In this document: one piece after another, positions 1-7,132 of the stretch | Layout of the letters: the number at the start of each line of letters is the position of its first letter | Numbering within the stretch: the stretch's first letter is position 1 | Virus record (IMG/VR): IMGVR_UViG_3300050343_000270 | Span: 32,001-96,000 of that record | Direction: 5' to 3' (one strand) | Length of the DNA: 64,000 nucleotides | Origin: a virus | Position numbers and translations under genes: made by a program | The notes under the pieces: generated by a model | What the model was told of the DNA's origin: nothing | The model's input: the letters and a program-made list of their open reading frames with translations, nothing else | The model's database searches: none

Positions 1-92
1 TGTTTCGCAAGCTGTCTTTTTCTCACTTGCTTGGATTCATTATAGTATAATTCTCAGAAAGCGCAAGGATTATTTCGCCCTTTTATCACTTT
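1..92 (-). repeat. Copy 1 of ~92-bp early promoter/leader module (copy 2 at 685-776)
   Basis: Near-identical direct repeat; minus strand reads TTGCGC-16nt-TATAAT followed by a GCAAG...CTTGC hairpin. Confidence 0.85.
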
Positions 93-93
93 G

Positions 94-384
94 TCAGTTC
101 TCCCAAGGAAATTTAGTTACGCTCGCCTCACTCCACCCGTCGATAAGACCACGCGCCCACTCAGCTTCTTCTCGCGCTTCGTTCCTTTCGCGTTCAAGTC
201 TTTCAACATCTTCAAGCTTTAACGACTTATCATTTTCTTTTTTAAGGCGGCGAATCTCTTGAATGAGCATATTCATTTCATCAATGAAGTCGTCAACTCC
301 TGACATTTTGTCACCGTAAACATCGGTTACAGTTCCATCGTTGCAGTTGTATTCGTAGTTGTGGGCGGTGAATTCGTTTTTCAT
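94..384 (-). CDS. Hypothetical early protein, coiled-coil
   Basis: 96-aa ORF, co-oriented with neighbours, ERERNEAREE coiled-coil segment. Confidence 0.7.
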   Translation of the reverse strand: MKNEFTAHNYEYNCNDGTVTDVYGDKMSGVDDFIDEMNMLIQEIRRLKKENDKSLKLEDVERLERERNEAREEAEWARGLIDGWSEASVTKFPWEN

Positions 385-407
385 ACCTAATTATATTAGT
401 GTTTCAA

Positions 408-668
408 TTAGTCTACAACTTCCTCTGTCAATTCGGTGGTAACCACCTTAGTTAATTTGACGACTTCTACTTTTTCGTTAGGGATGATTACCTGAACTCC
501 ATGACCTAAAACATAGGTATATTTGTCATTCTTGTATGGTGTTTTGGTCTTGTTAGTAATCTCTTCTCCAACATCGATTGTGCGTTCCACGCCATGCCAT
601 TTGAACGTGTGTTGTTCGCGCATGCGGTGCATGTAGTTTGTGGTAGTTTTTCTGTTAGTGTTTTTCAT
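408..668 (-). CDS. Hypothetical early protein
   Basis: 86-aa ORF directly downstream of promoter module copy 2. Confidence 0.7.
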   Translation of the reverse strand: MKNTNRKTTTNYMHRMREQHTFKWHGVERTIDVGEEITNKTKTPYKNDKYTYVLGHGVQVIIPNEKVEVVKLTKVVTTELTEEVVD

Positions 669-684
669 AGTAGTATTTTTTTAG

Positions 685-776
685 TGTTTCGCAAGCTGTC
701 TTTTTCTCACTTGCTTGGCTATATTATAGTATAATTTTCAGAAACCGCAAGGATTATTTCGCCCTTTTATCACTTT
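685..776 (-). promoter_or_regulatory. Copy 2 of early promoter/leader module (sigma70-like)
   Basis: TTGCGG-16nt-TATAAT on minus strand; repeat of 1-92. Confidence 0.8.
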
Positions 777-808
777 TTTTTGTGGAACAAAATGTTCCAC
801 GGAGACTC

Positions 809-890
809 TGTAACTCGTTCATTATCAACGACTTATGACGGTGCGGCGGGGGCATCGTTGTAACTCGTTCAGTATCAACGACTTATGACG
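809..890. repeat. Two 32-bp direct repeats (809-840, 859-890), each an imperfect palindrome
   Basis: TGTAACTCGTTCA[T/G]TATCAACGACTTATGACG, 50-bp spacing. Confidence 0.9.
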
Positions 891-914
891 ATTTTTCTGT
901 TAGAGTTTTGAGCC

Positions 915-953
915 AAAAAAGCCCCGCCTCCCACACTACTAGGAGACGAGGCT
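915..953 (-). terminator. Rho-independent terminator
   Basis: Minus strand AGCCTCGTCTCC-loop-GGAGGCGGGGCT then a T-run, after ORF 993-1352. Confidence 0.75.
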
Positions 954-992
954 AACACTACTGCACTATGAAAGCTGTTAGATTGTTAGATG

Positions 993-1352
993 TTAGTTTT
1001 GCGCTATGCGTTTTATTTTAAGATCATGAAACCTTGAACCAAGAGCATTGCCACCTAACATATTTTTGCGGGATGTTAGAGTGAAAGAATACTCGCCTTG
1101 TCTAAGTAATGCTATGTCGATGTTAAGTCCCCAGTTTGTGCTTGGATGAGAATTGATTATGTTAGAATCTTCCTCTGTGAACTCTGCACCATCGGCGCGT
1201 GTTAGTTTTGTATTCGACGCGCTTTTGATTAAGATGTATTCGTTCGTTTGTATTTCTTCCGTGGTGATCATGGACGCGCAGACATAAGCCACGAGCGCCA
1301 AGACTAAAACGGAGAAGGTGATGGGAAGTATGTTAGAGATTATGTTTTTCAT
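993..1352 (-). CDS. Hypothetical membrane-anchored protein
   Basis: 119 aa with an N-terminal hydrophobic helix. Confidence 0.7.
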   Translation of the reverse strand: MKNIISNILPITFSVLVLALVAYVCASMITTEEIQTNEYILIKSASNTKLTRADGAEFTEEDSNIINSHPSTNWGLNIDIALLRQGEYSFTLTSRKNMLGGNALGSRFHDLKIKRIAQN

Positions 1353-1381
1353 TTTAGTTGTTAGTATTTAGTTGTTAGGTG

Positions 1382-1621
1382 TTAGTAGAGAGATGATTCG
1401 ACTGCTTCATAACGGAATTCACCATCATCATTCATCTGGTCAAGCTCCTCGTCGGTAGCTTGCCGCCCGTCAACTCTCGCATCCATGATGAATGCGTCCA
1501 CAAAGTCGGGATAATCGCGATGATCAATTCCATCTATTTCCATATCATGGATTTGTGCGGTGTAAGCTCCACGCTCGGAGCAATTGAATTTGAACTCTGT
1601 TCCTGTTAGTGTGTTTGTCAT
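1382..1621 (-). CDS. Hypothetical phage protein (DYPDFVDAFI motif)
   Basis: 79-aa acidic ORF with A/C-rich leader. Confidence 0.75.
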   Translation of the reverse strand: MTNTLTGTEFKFNCSERGAYTAQIHDMEIDGIDHRDYPDFVDAFIMDARVDGRQATDEELDQMNDDGEFRYEAVESSLY

Positions 1622-1649
1622 AGTGTTAGTGTTGTTAGTGTTGTTAGGT

Positions 1650-1844
1650 TTAGTCGATGATTGCTGTCACTTGCTCTTCCGTAAACTCGATTTCTTTTCC
1701 ATCGGTATCAGTTCCAGAGAAACCTGTTAGGCGGCTTCCTTCTTCGACGGAAACTTGAATTCCGTTCACGATCACCATCATTCCCCTGAGAACGATACCA
1801 GCATCGATTGCGTCTTGCCATGCTTTCATTGTCATTTTTTTCAT
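1650..1844 (-). CDS. Hypothetical protein
   Basis: 64-aa ORF in operon-like arrangement. Confidence 0.7.
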   Translation of the reverse strand: MKKMTMKAWQDAIDAGIVLRGMMVIVNGIQVSVEEGSRLTGFSGTDTDGKEIEFTEEQVTAIID

Positions 1845-1863
1845 AGTGTTATTTTTTTAGTTG

Positions 1864-2121
1864 TTAGTTGTTAGGTAGTTCTAAATTTCTGTAAGCGTAT
1901 TCTGCTTTGACCGCTTCAAGTTGTTTTTTCAGTCTATCGGTATCATACTTGCGAGTTAAAAGGTCGCTTGTGGTATTTAAAAACCAAGTGCGCAAAACAC
2001 ACTCGGAGCTAAAGTGCAATTCTATTGCGAACGCGCTCGGCTTATTGGATTGAAATCCGTTTGCCTTGCATGGTGCTTCGTATCCTTCAGTCCAGTAATC
2101 TTTTGTAGTAGTGTTGTTCAT
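1864..2121 (-). CDS. Hypothetical protein
   Basis: 85-aa ORF preceded by TTGCTC-17-TAAAAT. Confidence 0.7.
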   Translation of the reverse strand: MNNTTTKDYWTEGYEAPCKANGFQSNKPSAFAIELHFSSECVLRTWFLNTTSDLLTRKYDTDRLKKQLEAVKAEYAYRNLELPNN

Positions 2122-2159
2122 GGCAGTATTTTAGTGTATTTTTCCGATAAGAGCAAGTT

Positions 2160-2324
2160 TTAATTTGCTGTTTTATTAACTTTTTTTAACTCGGTTACAG
2201 CGTCTTGTATTTGCTTTGTGCTTTTGTCAGAAGTGACTTTCATTGAAGCTATAACTTGATCAAAAGCGTTTACGTTTTCTTGCATCTTGAGGAGTGTTTC
2301 TTGGATTGTCTCTTGGTTGCTCAT
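2160..2324 (-). CDS. Small coiled-coil hypothetical protein (54 aa, not in the ORF track)
   Basis: MSNQETIQETLLKMQENV...; extended -10 TGGTATAAT just upstream. Confidence 0.55.
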   Translation of the reverse strand: MSNQETIQETLLKMQENVNAFDQVIASMKVTSDKSTKQIQDAVTELKKVNKTAN

Positions 2325-2437
2325 GTGGATATTATACCAGAAAACACGGAATTAAAAAGCTTTTTCTGCATCAAAAGTGCTTTTTTTTTAATGTTCCACG
2401 GAATTGTTCCACGGAGAATGTGAGCCAGATACCAAAA

Positions 2438-2483
2438 GATACCACCTAACAGATACCACCTAACAGATACCACCTAACAGATC
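2438..2483 (+). repeat. Tandem 14-mer AGATACCACCTAAC x3 plus partial copies
   Basis: Directly visible; non-coding, followed by G-runs. Confidence 0.9.
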
Positions 2484-2709
2484 CAGACCCACGGCGGGAA
2501 AGGGGGAGGGGTTTTTTGAAAGTTCCTGTTAGAGTTATTCTGTTAGAAATCGGCGGGGGGTGGTTTATACTAAAAATCCAAATCAGAACCATCCAAACAA
2601 AAAAAGCTAATTCAGCTTTATATAGCCCTCATTTAAAAAACCAGACTTAATGTATCCATTATTTTTCTACAATGGGGCGTGTTATTTTGTTGTGTTGTGT
2701 TGTGTTGTG

Positions 2710-3021
2710 TTATTTCTTAGAGAATGTTTTAAGAAGAGACTCGGTTTGTGTGTTGGAGAGGATTGTGGATTCTATGTTTGACAGTAGGTTTGTTCCATAC
2801 ATATTTGTTCCATAATTTTTCTTATAGCATTTGTATTTTGAGTTGCTATTTCCGTGGATTATGTAGTGGTCGTCCATATCTTCGACATTTTTTATACCTG
2901 AGTTTACTCTCCAGCTATCTCCGTCTAGATAACCGCCGCTCCAAACGGCGAAAACTTTATAAAGGTCGTTGTCGCAATCTATTACGAGCCATTTGTGTGG
3001 GATATATGTGTTGTTTGTCAT
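2710..3021 (-). CDS. Conserved phage hypothetical protein
   Basis: YKVFAVWSGGYLDGDSWRVNSGI resembles a widespread phage hypothetical family. Confidence 0.75.
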   Translation of the reverse strand: MTNNTYIPHKWLVIDCDNDLYKVFAVWSGGYLDGDSWRVNSGIKNVEDMDDHYIIHGNSNSKYKCYKKNYGTNMYGTNLLSNIESTILSNTQTESLLKTFSKK

Positions 3022-3172
3022 TTTATTAGATTATTTTTGAGAAGATAAAGAATATGAGTAGCCAGAATACGAGTGGACCTAGTATCCAGATGAAGGTGGC
3101 TATATAAGGCGGCGCTTTATTAAAGAGTCTCGATTTGTTATGTGATTGTTTTAATTTCATAATATGATTATG

Positions 3173-3370
3173 CTAATATGTGTTGCCATGCCAGATGACC
3201 TTTGGTCGTGCGGGCTTTGATCCTTGTAGTGATATGACTTCTAGTTCTAGTCTATCAATGCGGCGCGACTGTTCATCAATCCATTTAGTCATCCCGCATA
3301 TTAAAATCCCAAATAACCCGATACAGCAAAGCGTGGCAACATAATCCCAATCTGTTTTTTTATTTTTCAT
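3173..3370 (-). CDS. Small membrane protein
   Basis: 65 aa, one TM helix, ATGA overlap with the upstream gene. Confidence 0.65.
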   Translation of the reverse strand: MKNKKTDWDYVATLCCIGLFGILICGMTKWIDEQSRRIDRLELEVISLQGSKPARPKVIWHGNTY

Positions 3371-4215
3371 TTTTGTTTATTGTTTTGTGTAAGTTTGCTG
3401 ATGTGGTGTCCGATGTGGTCACCTTTGTGGTCGCCGACTTGGTCGCCTTCGTGGTAGCCGATGTGGTCGCCGTCGTGGCGTCCGATATGGTCGCCCCAGT
3501 GGTAGCCGATGTGGTTGCCCCAGTGGCTACCTTCGTGGTCGCCGTAGTGGAGTCCTTCGTGGTCGCCGTGGTGGTTGCCGATGTGGTCGCCTTCATGGTC
3601 GCCTTTGTGTCTGCCTTTGTGGTCACCATCGTGGCTTCCAATGTGGTCGCCTTCGTGGTAGCCGATATGGTCGCCCCAGTGGTAGCCTTTGTGGTCTCCG
3701 TTGTTGTAGCCGATATGGTCGCCTACGTGGTCGCCGATGTGGTCGCCGTAGTGGAGTCCTTCGTGGTCGCCGTGGTGGTTGCCGTAGTGGTTACCCTCGT
3801 GTTTACCTTCGTGCTTGCCAATGTGGTTTCCGTAGTGGTCGCCCCAGTGGATGCCTTCGTGGATGCCGTAGTGGCTTCCTTTGTGTTTGCCGTAGTGGTC
3901 GCCGTAGTGGCTTCCTTTGTGGTCGCCGTGGTGGTTGCCGTAGTGGCTTCCTTTGTGGTCACCTTTGTGGTCACCTTTGTGGTTGCCTCCGTGGTCGCCG
4001 TCGTGGTCCCAGTGGTTTCCGTAGTGGTTTCCGACATGGTCGCCGTAGTGGCATCCGTAGTGGTCGCCGTAGTGGAGTCCTTCGCGGTTGCCGTAGTGGT
4101 TGCCTATGTGGTTGCCTATCAGGTCAGTTTTCAACTTTGTTAAGACTAGCTTTCCGTCTTCGTCATATCCAAACGACGCAACCTCTGATATTTCTTTTAG
4201 TGTTGGTTCTTTCAT
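3367..4215 (-). CDS. His/Gly-rich tetrapeptide (G-x-H-x) repeat protein
   Basis: 282 aa; about 55-60 G-[DNSKY]-H-[YEIKWH] units from a 12-nt repeat; normal N-terminus and AT-rich leader. Confidence 0.8.
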   Translation of the reverse strand: MKEPTLKEISEVASFGYDEDGKLVLTKLKTDLIGNHIGNHYGNREGLHYGDHYGCHYGDHVGNHYGNHWDHDGDHGGNHKGDHKGDHKGSHYGNHHGDHKGSHYGDHYGKHKGSHYGIHEGIHWGDHYGNHIGKHEGKHEGNHYGNHHGDHEGLHYGDHIGDHVGDHIGYNNGDHKGYHWGDHIGYHEGDHIGSHDGDHKGRHKGDHEGDHIGNHHGDHEGLHYGDHEGSHWGNHIGYHWGDHIGRHDGDHIGYHEGDQVGDHKGDHIGHHISKLTQNNKQK

Positions 4216-4666
4216 TTTATTTTTAGTTGTTTTTAGTTTATTTTAGTTTATTTTAATTTTGCCTATTTTGGCTCTAACACTGCGAAGCTCTTTTTTTAGA
4301 ATGCCTATGATAACCCCCACCGAGGCATCCTCCATTTCTTTAACTAAGTCTTCATTATCGACCCAGACCCTTTTTTCCCCAAGGTAGGCAGGTGTAGTGG
4401 TGTAGAGGTGGATTCCGCGATTCTGAGATTTTTATGATTTGTCTAGATATCGAGTCACGGTAATCTCTTAAATCAATAAGAGATTCTATTTTTTAGTTGC
4501 CTTTTGTTTGCGAAGCTCTTTTGCCTATTTTTTTCATGTCTTCATTATCTTTTTTCCTTCCGCGGTGGACTAGATATCGAGCAAATCTCTATCAGAAAAT
4601 AGCAATCTAGTTTTTAGTATTGGTTAAATTATCGAACAAGCCGAAGCATTTCCTTGGTGGACGTGC

Positions 4667-4695
4667 AAACTATCAGAAAATAGCGTGAATGTCAA
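4667..4695 (-). promoter_or_regulatory. sigma70-like promoter
   Basis: TTGACA-17-TAGTTT on minus strand. Confidence 0.6.
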
Positions 4696-4730
4696 TAATT
4701 ATTTTAATTCTTCTCATCTTGGCGCGATAG

Positions 4731-4952
4731 CTATGGTTTCTTTTGGTATTTCATTGAAGCCTCCCAGCAATCCTCAAGTTCTTTACTGAAACGTTCCTGC
4801 TCCTCCTCCGTAAATGGTTCTGGTCCGTCGTCCATATAACTGTTAGCCAAATCTGCGGCACAATTATCGCAAAGGCATTCATAGCCTGCGCCGAGGACGA
4901 AAGCACCACATCTGCGGCAGGTGTCTGGTTCTGAGATTGTGTCTTCGTTCAT
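4731..4952 (-). CDS. Small Cys-rich (CxxC) hypothetical protein
   Basis: 73 aa, CRRC...CDNC. Confidence 0.65.
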   Translation of the reverse strand: MNEDTISEPDTCRRCGAFVLGAGYECLCDNCAADLANSYMDDGPEPFTEEEQERFSKELEDCWEASMKYQKKP

Positions 4953-5019
4953 GTTGTTTTTAGTTGGGCGGTTGAGCTATACGTTCTGCTTAAAATGAAT
5001 GCGGTAGTATTGGTAATAA

Positions 5020-5190
5020 TCATTTTATATATTTAAGGGATTTTTTAGCGTGGTGCATCATCGCCCCTATCTCTCCATTCCTGCACGCCCTACGCAACTC
5101 GCTCTCGTGGTATTCAATAAAAAACAACCGAACAAGGCATTGTATCCAACGCCATGCATCGTTGGAGGGTTTAATTAAAAGTTTTTTCAT
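5020..5190 (-). CDS. Cassette ORF (56 aa, not in the ORF track) starting inside an attC
   Basis: MKKLLIKPSNDAWRWIQCLVRLFFIEY...; ATG at 5190. Confidence 0.55.
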   Translation of the reverse strand: MKKLLIKPSNDAWRWIQCLVRLFFIEYHESELRRACRNGEIGAMMHHAKKSLKYIK

Positions 5191-5216
5191 GGCGTGGATA
5201 AATTTAGACGTTCTCC
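5127..5216 (+). other. Complete attC-like site (90 bp)
   Basis: ACCGAAC-AAGGC-ATTGTATCCAACGCCATG...CATGGCGTGGATAAAT-TTAGAC-GTTCTCC; two extrahelical bases, 5/6-nt spacers. Confidence 0.85.
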
Positions 5217-5410
5217 GAAGATGAAATAGCGTGTCGCCATGTCACATCGGTCAGACCATGATGGATTATTTCGAGCGGGTAGTCGCCAAGTGTGCCGAGA
5301 TTGGCGCGGAGCACTCCGCCCTTCCAGTAGACCGCGACCCACTCGGGCTTGTAATCGTTTTCCATGCATCGCAAGTAGTAGCCTCCCGTTTTTATGTCTT
5401 TAAGTTCCAT
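5204..5410 (-). CDS. Cassette-borne hypothetical protein
   Basis: 68 aa; stop codon lies in the attC right arm (...SENV*). Confidence 0.7.
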   Translation of the reverse strand: MELKDIKTGGYYLRCMENDYKPEWVAVYWKGGVLRANLGTLGDYPLEIIHHGLTDVTWRHAISSSENV

Positions 5411-5487
5411 GTTGTTGATTATTTTAAGTCATTGATTGTTTTTAGTTGTGCCACCGTTTAGACGGGGCGGCTGTTCTTAGCGTTCGC

Positions 5488-5715
5488 CTAATCATTTCTA
5501 AATGCGCTCCACCGCTCTCCGTCATCTAGGTAGTCGTCCATCTGGCAGGACTTTAAGAACTCTCGGTCAATTACCAAGACATCCTCACGGTCGAGCCATA
5601 GAATGTAGGCGTTGTCTTCCTCTGCGATTCGCTCAAGGCTTTTGCCTTTGTGTTTCCCAAACTCAAGAACAAACTCGGGCGAACAAGGCGTTGAAATCAA
5701 TTTCGTTTCACTCAT
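5488..5715 (-). CDS. Cassette-borne protein with FGKHKGK motif (DUF3820 / exonuclease X C-terminal-like)
   Basis: LEFGKHKGKSLERIAEEDNAYILWL. Confidence 0.7.
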   Translation of the reverse strand: MSETKLISTPCSPEFVLEFGKHKGKSLERIAEEDNAYILWLDREDVLVIDREFLKSCQMDDYLDDGERWSAFRND

Positions 5716-5736
5716 GATTTAACTTGGTCGTTATCC
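5678..5736 (+). other. Complete attC-like site (59 bp)
   Basis: GGCGAAC-AAGGC-GTTGAAATCA...TGATTTAAC-TTGGTC-GTTATCC. Confidence 0.88.
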
Positions 5737-5930
5737 AAGGAATATTTCACAGGTCCAGTCATGTCCCAAACGCTATCGAAGGGGTTGCCATCTGCCTCTT
5801 TCTCCCACCTCTCAAGCGTCTTCTTGGCTTTCGTCTCGCTACTGAATACGTGCGCCCCGTCGAGAGGGTCAAAGAGCACCCATAAGGCTCTGACCGCTTT
5901 TCGTGTTCTTATTTGTGTTTTTACGCTCAT
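5712..5930 (-). CDS. Cassette-borne hypothetical protein
   Basis: 72 aa; ends inside attC with an ATGA overlap to the next gene. Confidence 0.7.
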   Translation of the reverse strand: MSVKTQIRTRKAVRALWVLFDPLDGAHVFSSETKAKKTLERWEKEADGNPFDSVWDMTGPVKYSLDNDQVKS

Positions 5931-5940
5931 AATAAAAAAT

Positions 5941-5999
5941 GGATAACAAGGCGATGCACGGGCAACGGCTACGCCGTGCCGTGATCTTGGTCGTTATCT
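5941..5999 (+). other. Complete attC-like site (59 bp)
   Basis: GGATAAC-AAGGC-GATGCACGGGCAACGGC-TAC-GCCGTGCCGTGATC-TTGGTC-GTTATCT. Confidence 0.9.
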
Positions 6000-6409
6000 C
6001 TATATGCATTTAAGGCTTCAATCACCCACGCCTCGAACTTGTCTTGAGCTTCACACGCTGAATCGTTGCTCATCGCTAGCCCTCCACCTCGCCCCGTCAG
6101 ATATCCCCACGCTCTCACGTCGAGCACGTTGGTATCTCCGCATTTGGTTCTGATGAATATCTTCCCCATGCTCCCGACACCGTAGAATTTACCATCAAAT
6201 TCACTAGGGAGAGAACAAGGCGAAACATCCGACAGCTTGCCGCTTGGTTTGGTTTCTGTGTTATCTTTTCCTGTGCCGTTGCATTTATGGCAGTCGGTTC
6301 TCCCTCCTCCACCAAAACCTTCAAGCTCGCCCAATCCATCGCAAAGGGAACAAGGCGAAGCATCCGACGGCTTGCCGCTTGGTTTGGTTTCTGTTTTATC
6401 TTTTTTCAT
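5969..6409 (-). CDS. Two-module cassette protein (DnaJ-type CxxCxGxG Zn finger plus unknown domain)
   Basis: CSLCDGLG / CHKCNGTG; duplicated leader TETKPSGKxSDxSPCSL. Confidence 0.7.
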   Translation of the reverse strand: MKKDKTETKPSGKPSDASPCSLCDGLGELEGFGGGGRTDCHKCNGTGKDNTETKPSGKLSDVSPCSLPSEFDGKFYGVGSMGKIFIRTKCGDTNVLDVRAWGYLTGRGGGLAMSNDSACEAQDKFEAWVIEALNAYRDNDQDHGTA

Positions 6410-6424
6410 GTCAATAATTTGTGT

Positions 6425-7132
6425 TTAACTTTCGCGGTTATCAACGGCTTCGCCGTGACATCGCTGATTGTTCGCTTCAAAACAATGGTTGAGATAGCCG
6501 ATTGCGAGACAAGCGGCATGTTCAGCCTGTTCCAGTGTGGTCTTGCTGGGGGCTTTCGTCCATATCGCCTCGTTAAGAGCCAATTTTAACTCAACCCAAT
6601 CGGGATCTTCGGAAAGCGAACAAGCCGAAGCATCCGACCCTTCACCGTTAATAGTTGTTTTTTCTTTTTCTTTGTGCATGTCAATAATTTGTTTTAACAT
6701 AGAATCCCTTGGATACCATCGGACTACATAATGCGCATGCACCATTGACCCGTCAGCGTTTCCTACCACCTTCTCGCAAATGCCGCGAAAAACTACGCGA
6801 CCATTAGAAAGCCGCCTCATCCTTCTCTTTCTAATCTTTCCGTCATAGTCCTCTGTCCATATTGGTTCTCCAAAAATAAGGCTAACAAGGCGCTTCATCC
6901 GACCGTTAACCGTTCCTGAGTTGGTTTCGTTTTCTTTTGTGTTCATAAGTTTTCTGGCATCTAAGCAAATATTGCAAATTGACCCGCAACATTCTTGTTT
7001 AACAATCACTTTAACGTGCCGTCCTGTCCCTGCCTCGGTCAACATTTCGTCGTTGATTGACTTGCATACATCACAGCTAACAAGCCGCTGGACATCAATG
7101 CCCACTTCAGCGGGCGTTTCTTGTGTTTTCAT
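6425..7132 (-). CDS. In-frame fusion of three cassette modules (internal starts 6946, 6679)
   Basis: Three attC-arm-derived leaders (VQRLVS, MKRLVS, DASACS) within one ORF. Confidence 0.6.
   Translation of the reverse strand: MKTQETPAEVGIDVQRLVSCDVCKSINDEMLTEAGTGRHVKVIVKQECCGSICNICLDARKLMNTKENETNSGTVNGRMKRLVSLIFGEPIWTEDYDGKIRKRRMRRLSNGRVVFRGICEKVVGNADGSMVHAHYVVRWYPRDSMLKQIIDMHKEKEKTTINGEGSDASACSLSEDPDWVELKLALNEAIWTKAPSKTTLEQAEHAACLAIGYLNHCFEANNQRCHGEAVDNRES

Larger units (their letters stand above)
4631..7132 (+). mobile_element. Array of integron attC-like sites / gene cassettes without integrase (CALIN-like), genes inverted
   Basis: Nine AAC-AAG(G/C)C left arms, six right arms ending in GTT, and matching R'/R'' pairs. 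Confidence 0.85.

Noticed and set aside
3360-4143. Val/Ala-rich (+) and Thr-rich (-) ORFs
   Set aside because: Shadow frames of the 12-nt His/Gly repeat
4631-7132. CRISPR array or simple terminators/REP elements as the explanation of the hairpins
   Set aside because: Repeats differ in sequence, flank whole genes, lack U-tails, and show attC-specific bulges and cross-cassette R'/R'' complementarity
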